Assembly (NCBI GenBank): GCA_965655095.1
Contig: OZ296655.1
Location: 70,432,001 to 70,496,000 of the forward strand
Direction of reading: 5' to 3'
DNA from: Haplodiscus bocki
Taxonomy: Eukaryota
DNA length: 64,000 nucleotides
Shown: piece after piece, positions 53,067 through 64,000 of the stretch
Numbering within the stretch: the stretch's first letter is position 1
How the letters are laid out: each line of letters begins with the position of its first letter
Made by a program: the position numbers and the translations under genes
The notes under the pieces: model-generated
What the model was told of the DNA's origin: nothing
The model's input: the letters and a program-made list of their open reading frames with translations, nothing else
The model's database searches: none

Positions 53067-54289
53067 GTAGTCCAGTACAAATAGTGAAGATACTTGATCT
53101 TTTGGAGCAACAAGCTTTCTTTCTGGTAGCTGTTATCTGACACAAGCAAATTTGCAACTGATATTGAATGAGAGATATGTATGCTTCCAATTTGAAGGCT
53201 TTGGTTTTTTCGGTGAAGTCAAAGCCACGTCACTGGAATCAGAATTCTTTTTTTTTGCTGTTGAATACGCTACAGTGGCCAAAAAATTTTGTTCTTTTGA
53301 TTGGACAATCTATTTTTTCAGAAAAATTTAGTTTCAACTCTTTTTGTAAGTTCCTTTATTTTTTTGTCTGCTAAACTTCTTTTGGCGTTTTGAGTTTCCT
53401 TCGGAAAATGTCGACAAGTCTGTCCGGAAGAGCAATTTTAATGAACCTTGCGTGCATAGAGAAAATTTGTAGTGTTCATACGAAAAACAGAAGCCACCCT
53501 AGCAAGCGTGCTATTACTATTAAGTTATTATAAAAGGACAAAACTGGTTCTTATTTTTTTTTGAAAATTCGCTCACAACATTGCAAATTCCAGAATGAAA
53601 ATTTTTACAAAATTATGAAATCTTCCATGGAGTCTTGGATTTCAGCGTTTGTGGAGCTCAAAGGATTTCAATGGAAGATATAGTGGTAAACGGCTCCACA
53701 TTGTACGTCGTACTACATGGAATACCGAAAAGTTGACACGACGCTCTCGATTGTTAAGATTCCACGTTCTCTTCAGTGGAACGAGCCTCACCTTTCTCGT
53801 TATGTGGCCTCACTGACTGGATTAACAAGTAGAAATGTGTTGAAAGTGGGGCCACAATCGCGTTCATCCTCCTATCAATATCACTGGAAGCCATTCTACG
53901 ACCAATTGTTTGTGAGCGTATACTTTCCTCTCCATCACCAAGTGGTTCATCCAGTTAGTGGACATCACCAACTTCGAGGAACTGTGCAGTTGGTGTCCTG
54001 TTCTCTTCTGAAATGTTGGTCCTGCGTCTAGTAATTTGATATCAGAGAGAAGAAAATAGTAGCTATATTTGAACTTAAACTGGTTTTAGTTTAGAGTATA
54101 AGGGTTTTTGGTAAAGAAATGTTGTACGTTTTTACAGAATAACAATCATAAAAGTCATGATTGACGTACTGGTACATCGGGTGGGTGACTTGTAATTTCA
54201 ATGACTGGTTATTGCATGTGTTCACCTCGTTTGGAGTTCCAATTATGTGAAATTAGATTGGGTCACGTGATCACTTTGTCATCTGCTGA

Positions 54290-56280
54290 ATCGCATACAC
54301 TTTGTAGGTTCAATCAATACAGCATCTGACTTTCTCACCAGAGTGGAACTCAAAGTTACCGTGAAATTATGCTCAAAAACCCGGAAGATGTAAAAACAAC
54401 ATATTCAGGTGAAAACGTCTTCGTCGGATGTTGCAGTTGAAAAAGAGTACTTCTTCACTTAAGAAAATAATGGAAAAGAGATCAAATAACAGACGCTTCA
54501 AATGAAAGAAGGAACTCGGAACATTGCCGTAGAATGTTTAGCAAACGATGAACCCTTTTCAAGGAATACAAGTATCAAGGAATTATTAAAGATCGACGGA
54601 AACAGTGGGTCATACTCCATCAATGGAATCAAAGCGAATGCACCCATACGTTGATCTACTGATGAAGAAACCCAATTTCAAACTACCCTCTTTGCCAGAT
54701 GATGAGGTGCTCTTATCAAAAGAAACAATTCAAGTGTTACAAAGTGAACCAAAGCCGCACCGTCATCAAAGATGGACTACTGCTTTGGAAGGAATACAGA
54801 GAAAGTGGTAGTTGCAAAAACTAGCAAGTGATCATTTCGAAAGATTTCGTGATTGAGGTGCTACGGACCCTGCACAGAGATTTTGGAAAGCATCACGCTA
54901 TCAACAAAACAATATTTGCATACAGACAAAATTTCTGTTGCACGAACAAGGCACAGTTGATCGGAAAGTCGGTCATGCCATATAAAAAATGTATCAGGAA
55001 ACCCCTAATCGACAACAGATTCACCCGCTCACCATTTCAAAACCCACCTGAATACGTAACAGGATCTGGATACGCCTTGTAGATTGATTTAGTATGAAAC
55101 TAAAACCATCAGGTGACTATGCAAAACATTGTTAAAGCCATGGAAGTGTTCTCCAGACGCTTGTCTGCCGGCCCAACAACGAGATGCTAAAACAAGTGCC
55201 AATGTCGAAATTGACATCACAATTAAGCAATCACACTTGCCGTAGACAATCTTTCTTCACAAGGAAATGCCTTTGCATTCCAAGTGAACAAAGAAGTAGC
55301 TGATGTTCTCGGAATTACCCTAGAGCTTGCCAACACCAAGCACGCGGAGACGCTTGAAAAGCTCGAAAGAACGCCTGCCTGAATCAAAACAGCACTGAAG
55401 ATTGACACAAACGAAAGTCAATCAACGTGGCAAAAGCGCATCAACATTGCAGTCCTAAATCGCAAAAAGTCTTACCACACTATCATTGGGTGCGAATCTA
55501 CCGGGGTATTCCACGGACGCATTCTGTACAACGTCCCAGACTTTAAGATCTGCTTTCCTCCACAGAAAAACACCTGTTTTGTCAAACTCAAAAAATGGTC
55601 GAGTTGTCCGTGATCAAAAGTGAAATAGGTTTTCAAGACCTTCGTAAGGACTCAATGCACACCTACATCAAGTACAAAGCGTACTACCACAAAAAAAACA
55701 AATGCTTCAAAACTGACAGAACGGCAAAATGTTTACGTCTTGCAGTTGAAAGCAGACCATCAAGTAGGAAAATTTCTCTTCAAAGAATTTCGATGGGTTG
55801 GTCCTTAGCTCGTTAAAAAGGCTCAATCAAATAACAAATGTCTGTCGCGCAAATTTGGAAGGGATAGGAAACAAGTCCTTCATCGCCTGAGACCACGACC
55901 GTTCATACTCATACTCAACGTAAAAACCACGTCACAAGAATGGAAACTTCGCCGTGAGATGATCGATAAACACAAGGATTTGTACGTCAGAGCATGGGAG
56001 TCCGAACATTCAAAGTTTTTTTCGGCAACGATCAAGATGAACCCGACTTGCTTGTTTCACCCATTGTTACTGTATGATGTGACCTGAAGAATGGCAAAAC
56101 GTCTACCATTCCGAACACCATACGAGAAAGTTGCCCAGGTACTCTTCCACAAGCAGACGGACAACATGACACAAGGGATACGGATTATATCACCAGCAAT
56201 ACGCCGGGATAAGAATTTGGAGCATATTACCCTTAGTTCCACCATCCCTGGGGGTACAAAAATGACCTACGACAGTACCG
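54290..56280 (+). pseudogene. pol: Ty3/gypsy pol remnant: end of RNase H, integrase and GPY/F
   Basis: ASDFLTR at 54322; HHCC region EVLRTLHRDFGKHHAINKT...PYKKC (54828-55082); IDLV...MEVFSR ~55085-55160; FRWVGP at 55788. Heavily frameshifted; RT and gag are absent. Confidence 0.85.
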
Positions 56281-56399
56281 CGAGCTCAACAGTAAGTACG
56301 CTGAGAGACACTGACAGTTATTAATCTCAAAAAACCTCTCCCAGTATACCCTAGGATGTTCTACGGAGCACCTCCGGAGACCACTCCGAGAAATTCGCC

Positions 56400-59300
56400 A
56401 ATCCGTTTCGGAGACATTAAGAAACACCTAATTTTATGGCTAGTATTATGAGGACAATTTCTGGCAGGAAACTACCTTTGTACTCAACTTCATCAACTAT
56501 ATCAAAGAATTAGTCTAATTTTTTACTTGGAGCTACTTAACACAATACGCAAAATGGAATATATGTACCAAAATCTTTAGCCTGAGTAATCGACGCAACT
56601 TTTCAAAGATTAGAGAAGCACGGTGATCGCGACTGATTTTGCTAGTCCCGGCTCTCCTTGAACTTTTTTGTATAGAACAGATTTAAAACTAGGATCCTCC
56701 CCCAAACTGACGCAGATACAAGGAGTGGCAGATGGACTGTCCGCCAAAAAAACTTCATTTTGGTGAAAAGGGGAAAAATAGTTCTTCCTCTATTTCTTCT
56801 TTTTGTCAGCATTGGGGTACCACGGTTTTCAGGAGGAACTAGATCGCGTGGTTTGTCCGATTTCAATGGAACATCCCAAACCTCAACAACTTTGGAGGTG
56901 TGCACCCATGATCTGACATTGGGTTCATCGACGGCAGAAGAGGCTAAAATTTATGGTCCGAATACGACCTCACTGTGACACCTAGCGTTCTTGCGAGGAA
57001 CAAGAAAAAACTTCCCGGCAGCGTTTCAGATCAGCGAAATTCTCAGAACTGGAACGACCTCAAACACTCTCACAAGGATGAATTTTTGAGCGCTTACAGA
57101 CGCCGCCAGCAGAGGCAACATGTAGTATTCAACATGGTGATCCCAAATTAGGAGAACAAACTCAACTAAGGGAAAGGAGGGCTGCTGACGAAGTCCTGTA
57201 TGGAGGCAACTCCAGAGAAAACTTCCTGAGAAGCAATTCCCACTCAGTCCAGGTTGATGATCAACGGACAAGAAGTACTGTTCGTTCCTTGCACTATAAT
57301 ACCACTTAGCTGGAAAATCTAAAATACAAAAAACAATAACTTCAAAGCTTCCATACGCCTAATCAAAATTACAAGTAATTCTTTCGCGTTACAGGTTCCG
57401 TCAAGAACGAAATCCATTTTGAGAGGTACAGAACGAGAAGATGTGACCAACATCTGGACACTTTCTCATGGACTGCTGCTTCAGCGTTCTCTGCTCTTTC
57501 ACAAAAGATTTATAATCAGCCTGGAATGACTCAACAAGGTATGTCTTCATGCAAGCGTTCTTCAGAATCCAATCACGAAGCTGCCCGAACGGGTAGAACG
57601 CGGAGTAGTCACTGCCGCGAATGATGATCGCGGGGCGGAAACAACTCGAGGCCTGAAAAATGAGGGATCGTGCGACAAAAGTTGACTGCGCATTTTACGG
57701 ACAGGACCTTGAAGGAACCAATGGCAGTTCTAGTGGAGCTCGTACTTCAAATAGTAGCTGCTGACTTTTTCAAGTGCTGCTAAAATACGAAGAGCACGGA
57801 AATTTCTTTCTTTTTTTGAGGGAAAGCAAAATGATTAGGCGACATGCATTTCAGCCATTTTCGAAATACTGGCAGCGAGCGACTGGTCTTCAATTTTTGG
57901 AGGAGATACTAGACGAAGCGAAACAACTCTCCAGCGGCACCATTAATGTAATGCTGCTTCCCGGCGTCGAATTCCACAATGTTGTATCTGACTGAAATTT
58001 TGAATTACCAATGAGGAAGAAACTAGGAGCAGTACATAAACTTTGTTAGATTTAGTCGGAACTGCCAACGCAAACCAGCTGGAAACTAGGAGTGTTACGG
58101 AGTTTCGCCGAGTTTGCCCCAAGAAAATTGGACCAATTGAGGATTAAACAAAGAGTACTCCTAGAAGGTTGCCAGTTCACTCCAAGCTCACCAAGAAAAA
58201 ATGAGGAACAGACTCGGAATGCTACATGAAATCTCCTATCTCCTAGGCTCCATAGGCCAATGGGGTAGAACAGAAAATAAATACAGAACACCACCCGAAC
58301 CCCCCCCCCCCCCCAAAAAATGACCAGTAGCAAAATGAGGTAAAAACCAGTATGGATAAGAGAATTTCACGGAAACTCCCGAACCACATGCACAAGACAC
58401 AAGAACTGATTACTGGATAACGAAAACAAGGAACACATTTCTAGGATCAGACTGATGAAAAAAATACATTCGCGCCATTCGATTGACTTAAAGGTAACCA
58501 ACAGTTCGTTTCTTCTAAACAGACAAAGTCAGTGAGAAGACAAATGACAAACGGAAGTCAACAAATCAAACTGATAGAATTCAGCACAAAACTCTCCAAT
58601 GCCCTTTTCCCTGTGTTTTTCGAGTAAAACATTATCAGCCGCCAAACTCCCACAATGTTGGCTACCACTTGGGCCATTCCCGGCATAGACATTGCTCAAG
58701 TGATCACAACTTTTCTCAGGGCTGTTCGCGCAATCATCAAATCCCTGTTCTCAGCCCCTCCAGACGTGTCATCAAAAACTCGGTCAACGAGAATGCATTT
58801 AGGGACCCAAATACAGATGATGAAGATTTCTGAAGGCCGCCTTCAAGGAGATGGAGTTTCAAAATATGGCAATCATTGGATTGCTGCTGGTCCCACTGCC
58901 AAGGTAGGCTGAATAGATCTGCCTGAGCAGACTGCAGCTTCAATTTTCGGGACCAGTTTAACAATTGCGACCACAGAACTGAGGATTTGAGCCATTATGG
59001 CAAACTCACTGGTCGCATCGATGGCAAACATTTCAGCAACAGCCATATTGGCACGCCGGAAAGTTTTGACCTTCCGAGTACACAAAAACTCCCACGACTG
59101 GTTACCTCGCTCTTCAAATTCGATGCCTTAGCAGTTTTGTATTTTCCAGAGCATGGCACAGGATAAGGGGAAACGTTCTTTTCACGTTGATTGACTAAAA
59201 ACGGACAAGTAAAGACTAAAGTCATCTTGGAGCTACTACGGGTATGTTCGGGAATTAACCAGCACTTCGTCTCGTGACCAGGCAACGTCCAAGTCTACTC

Positions 59301-61070
59301 GGATAGCAGTTGGCGTGAACTGGCTCCAAAGCTTCTCCACAAGCTCGTAAGTGCCCAAGAGCCGATGAATTTCCATGACGGAGGACATTCTCGCAAGAAC
59401 TGAGAGATTGGATTGGGACGCATCACCTTCCTAGACCAACACGTCTTCTGTAAGCACACGTTCACGATCGCGCTTCACTAGCAGAGCCATTAAGTTGGCG
59501 AAGTTCGAAGCCATCTGTCCTTGTCGCCGAAGTTCTTTGTCTGAAAACGTTTTGCTCTCAAAATCAAGTACCCCAAACAGGAGTCTCCGGCCTCAAGCTC
59601 TGATCGCGCGACAAATGACGGGCACACTAAAATTATCGAAGGTCTCGTACGGCCGATGCGCCAGCATAGCAATATAATTCCAAGAGATCCCTTAAAAAAT
59701 TGTTTTGGCTTGTCAGCAGAATCAGTTGTCCCAGAAACGATGAAGCGCCTCAATTCGTCATTCTTATAGGCCTTCCCCATCTTGTATGTATTCTTTTTCA
59801 AGACTTTCCGTCACCCAAGGCTCCCAAGATACTCATCTGCAATTGTGTCTGAGGTCCTTTTCACACGCTTGGCACCACTGACAAATTTATACAGTTATCC
59901 ACTGACAACTCTGACCCAATTTATCCAGCATTTCGTTCAACTCTGCCAATTTAAGAAAATTATTGTACATCTCGAATAGGATGCTCCCTTCTGGATACGG
60001 AAAGATACTTAGAGATCTTCAGAGGTTCAAGTAACTCTGACTTCTCCTGTTCAAAGACAGACCGGCAAAGGACACTAAATAGTGACAACTGTCATTATTC
60101 GCAGTTGCGGTCGAATCTGCAGCAAATTGGTGTAAAACAAGAAAACATGATGCAATGAGGATCAAAAGAGGAAACACACTGAAATTTTCCACAAATGAAC
60201 AAAAACATTGCCCCAAACAGAAGCTTTTTCCACTAAATGCGGCTTCAATCAGCATTGCGACAGAGGGTCTCTGTCCGTTGGAAAACAGCCTTTGCAGAGT
60301 GGAAATAGGCACCTTCTCGCTGCTGCTTTCTTTCTCCGGACCTGGCTCTCAAATCTGATTTTCGAATTCGGTTGATAAATTTTCATGTTAAGATCGCATT
60401 GGCATGTCTAAATCACGGGTTATGCAAGGACGTTAGAAAAGCCTGTGTCCAAGTTGACGGAGCAACTCTTCTTATGTGATGATAATCAGCTCCTGAGACT
60501 ATCCATGAGGCTGCCTTTCCTCGAAGCAACCTTTGGCACCTCATCCTCAGAAGAGGTCACTTTACCAAATTCAAAATCTGAACCCAGGCCAAGGTAACAC
60601 TCCACACGATGAGCGGGCTCTTTCAGAAAATTGTGCAATAAAAACGAATGCCCTCATGATGCAATCTTCATCCTACAGTGCACACGAACAAAACTATCAT
60701 ATCAAAGGATATATAGTGGCAAATATGTGATTCTTTGCAAGAAAAGCTAAAGCAGATTGAAGATGGGACACAAAAATGTACACAAGGGAAGGTCAGAGGT
60801 ATTGACAGCCCCATCCCAGTCCTGAAAGAAAACAAGGAACACAGCTTCTTTTCCTTCCTCACGTATCCTTTCGGGACGGAAGTCTTGGCGTCAATACACG
60901 CCCGAACTTAAACCAAACTGTTTCAATGGGAACTTTCTCCGGAAACGCTGTTCTCTCCTCTTATTCTGCACTCCTCTCAATCTTCTCCAGGTGAACAGCA
61001 AGTGAGCTAAAGGAAACCACTGACTGGCCAGCTCCAGCATTATAGACGACAAAAAGACCCTGAGGTGGGC
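56400..61070 (+). mobile_element. Probable long, degenerate 3' region of the plus-strand gypsy element
   Basis: Contiguous with the integrase remnant, more GC-rich than the flanks, A/C-rich plus strand, and protein-like fragments (58655-58912, ~59000-59980). No recognisable domain. Confidence 0.35.
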
Positions 61071-64000
61071 TGATATCTTCCTCAATAACAAGAATCTCCT
61101 CAGATTTGACTGAGATTCCGATATGTAATTAGAAGAACGTGGTTATAAAACTCTGGATTTTTTTATTACTTTATTCAATAACCTGTTATTTATTTCATTT
61201 CTGATGAGGTTGTCTGTCAGCAATGAAGTCAGAGTAAGATTTCAAGGACACGCTGAGGGGCGAAGCTGAAAAATTCCCTAGTTGAAATTATAAGTTCTTT
61301 GATTTGCTTACATACACTTACCTTTAGATCATACCGACTTTCATATATGATTATTCAATTTTATCGTATACCGCGGAAGTTAAAAAAACCCTCCTTAAAG
61401 GAAAACGGATCACAGTTTCTGTAGTAATTCAGCCACTTGATCGGCTCAGTCGTTTCAATTCAGAGGCTCCTAATAAAATTAAAATTTCTTGAGAAATGAT
61501 TAGAATCAATCCCTCTTATTCTTTGTCGAGAGATTCTAACGTCTTCTACGGTGCGCAGCCGTCAGAGAAGCAAAGCCCAATCAGACCAAACATCCCGGAT
61601 TATTTGAACTTCACACAGCTGTCGACGGAAATGCAAAGCAATTTATGACGTTTTCAACCTCGGCATCTCCGTTGCTGCGAACTGTCACAATCGAGTCGCA
61701 CTCCAACAAACCAACAATCCCTAACGGTTATGCAATACAAGTTTCGATTTTTTCCACGGAGCCCAACAGACCTGGATATGACACTCAATCCAATCAATAA
61801 GGATGACGCCAATATAACTGCTACCCACAACGGAGACGGAAACATATACTCCTGCAAAAAAATACAGACTTTTATCTCCAGAACCTGTTGGCATCTTTGT
61901 GATTTCAACGCCATCTATGACGATGAGTATGGTGGACATATGCAAGTCGAAGTTGCATATGGCCACGTTTTATTTCGATGAGTCGAAGAGAATTTCCTTC
62001 CCACTGAGCCCTGCAAAACGAAAGCCTCTTCCAAGAAAGCAAAAGAAAGATGATAGTGGAATTGTCCTTTCCAGAGAAAAGAGCCCAATTCTGCAAAGAG
62101 GAGCTGGCAGGAGAAAAGGGCAACTAAGTGCATCAGTGAAAACAAGGGAGAGAGCAAGAAAGAATAAACTTCATACGCTAAGGTTTTCTCAATTTTTCCA
62201 AGTAACTTAGCCGTATTTTTTACATATTCACAAACCAGACTGATTTAGGCTAGGGCGAAACGGTTATGGAACAAACGGCGATTCACAGAGCTTCCTAATT
62301 TAAAATTTGCTTCTTTCCTATCATCTTTTCTGGAACTTCTTTTTTCAAGTCTTATTCAACTGTTTTCTGTGCTAAAGTTCAATCAAACTGACGCTGGCAT
62401 TTTTTTAAAGTAGTGCTACTGAATAAAAGGATTAAAAACTCCCAGGTTGTAATTGGTTCCGTAGGTGTTCGGTCTGTACTAGTCTGATGACGTCGTAGCG
62501 ATTCTAACCACTAAATTTTGCCGTAAAACTATACTGAATACGTAGTGAATCCGTATTCACACCTCTTTTGCGTTCAATCTGGATGACTTGACTGCCGCTA
62601 CTGGTAATTACAGAAATTCTCCAGACCTTTTCAGTAACTACTTATCTGAATGAGGAGTGAAATTAGTCTTGCTACTAGTTTCGCCTCATTTCTGAGGACA
62701 AGCTGCTGTTGAACAATGAATGCAATAAACTTCACATATCATGATTATTCTGGGTTTCGGTATTATTTAAACTTTTCAAATTTTTCAGGACTGTTTTAAT
62801 TTTTTACATTCCCCATTGAAAAATGATTTTGTATTTGTAAACCCGGTTTTGGTGCGGGAAAAACACCTTAATGTCCATTTCCGGTGGTTTAGGCCGTCCA
62901 TTTTTTGTTGAGAAAACGAGAGGATGCGTCCGTTGAAGGAGAATAAAATCATGATGAGGTGGTCAATTCCAGCCAGAGTCGGCATTCCTGCTTTGATGCT
63001 GTAATTACTGAAATCATTGATAAACAGCACTTCAAGCTGACGCCCATTAGACTTTGCACAAGTTCATTCTAATTCTCGGGACCCACGCTTAATTTCAGGC
63101 TCTCATCTCTCCATCAACTAATTAACGACACCTTAGCGAAATCTTTCCCAACTGCGTGCTCTCGTCCAAAAGTTCCACACAGGAGATTCTCGCTCGAGAT
63201 GAACGGCATCGAGGATTGGAAAAAAACTCCAAAAGCAATTTTTCGCACGTAATGAAGTTTTTGAAAAAAAAAACAAAATTTGATGAAAATCCATTTTTTC
63301 TAAGCGCGTTTTAAATCTAATCGACCAAGTTTTTTTAGATAAACACCATTATAATCTTCTAAAAATTCCAAGAACATTTCTTTTTGACTACTTTCGGCCA
63401 AAATAATGTTTAAAAAACACAATTTCTGCGATGTTATTCATGCCAAGTGTCAACTTTTTTTGAGTGTAGTCGAATTAGTTTTAAATCATGACTATACAAA
63501 AATACCTTTTCTAAAGGAAATCTTTCGCCGATATCACTCTTTTAGATGAAAAAATATCAATCCCATTCACAATGATTAACTAATTTGGAACTGTTATCTC
63601 TTAATCGCAGTTTGACTGTGTTTAGTATAGTTTCCATGTAATGATCCAGTAGGCCTTCAATGCTCATCGCATATCCTGTTTGAGCCAAGGAGTGTTAAGT
63701 TGTACCTGATGCTTCAAACATGGTAGAACTATGGAAATTAACCAACAAGCTTTTTTTGGAGAGAAATTGCCTTTGTCTGTAGCTGTCGCACCACACCTGT
63801 GGAGCCAGTGGACAAGAGCTGCTGGGGAAAAAAGATAATCTTCAGATTATTAAAAGTTTAATTAGAACTGAATGAAAACCATAAACTTCACTCTTATGGA
63901 AACCTCAATTTTTTAATGTTGCAGATCCGTGATATATACGGATCAACTTACAAGACTGATCCGGACAGGGACTGAACCCTATGGAACGAACATGTTTTCA

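Noticed and set aside
61051-61075. Possible PPT and LTR start (aaaaagaccctgaggtgggc-TG)
   Set aside because: The tract is interrupted by pyrimidines and no matching LTR follows.
63782-63840. WSQWT thrombospondin-like motif after an AG acceptor
   Set aside because: No following CSxTC, and the frame stops within a few codons.
63924-63944. Hairpin gatccgt-gatatat-acggatc
   Set aside because: An isolated 7-bp stem is expected by chance in 64 kb.

Overview
AT-rich eukaryotic (probably invertebrate animal) DNA, mostly decayed LTR retroelements. Bases ~1-45,200 derive from minus-strand Ty3/gypsy (Metaviridae)-type elements. The main one reads: extra pre-gag region, gag (degenerate CCHC), pol (PR-RT-RNaseH-IN-GPY/F), a truncated env-like ORF whose Cys spacing resembles chuvirus/Monjiviricetes class III fusion glycoproteins, then a further unknown 3' ORF region. 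After it died the element was amplified in place twice. Its ~3.1-kb pre-gag segment became a six-unit mosaic tandem array (26,636-45,213). A later near-identical 10.4-kb tandem duplication (8,807-19,214 / 19,216-29,627) copied pol, gag and most of one array unit. A second gypsy family left an LTR+gag stub (~46.9-47.6 kb, minus) and an integrase remnant (~54.3-56.3 kb, plus). The only long intact ORF (49,016-51,208, +, 730 aa) encodes an SF1/Schlafen-type helicase C-terminal core plus TPR-like helices; its Walker A appears to lie upstream in a decayed, frameshifted segment. No rRNA, tRNA or CRISPR array was found. Domain calls come from reading motifs by eye, not database searches.
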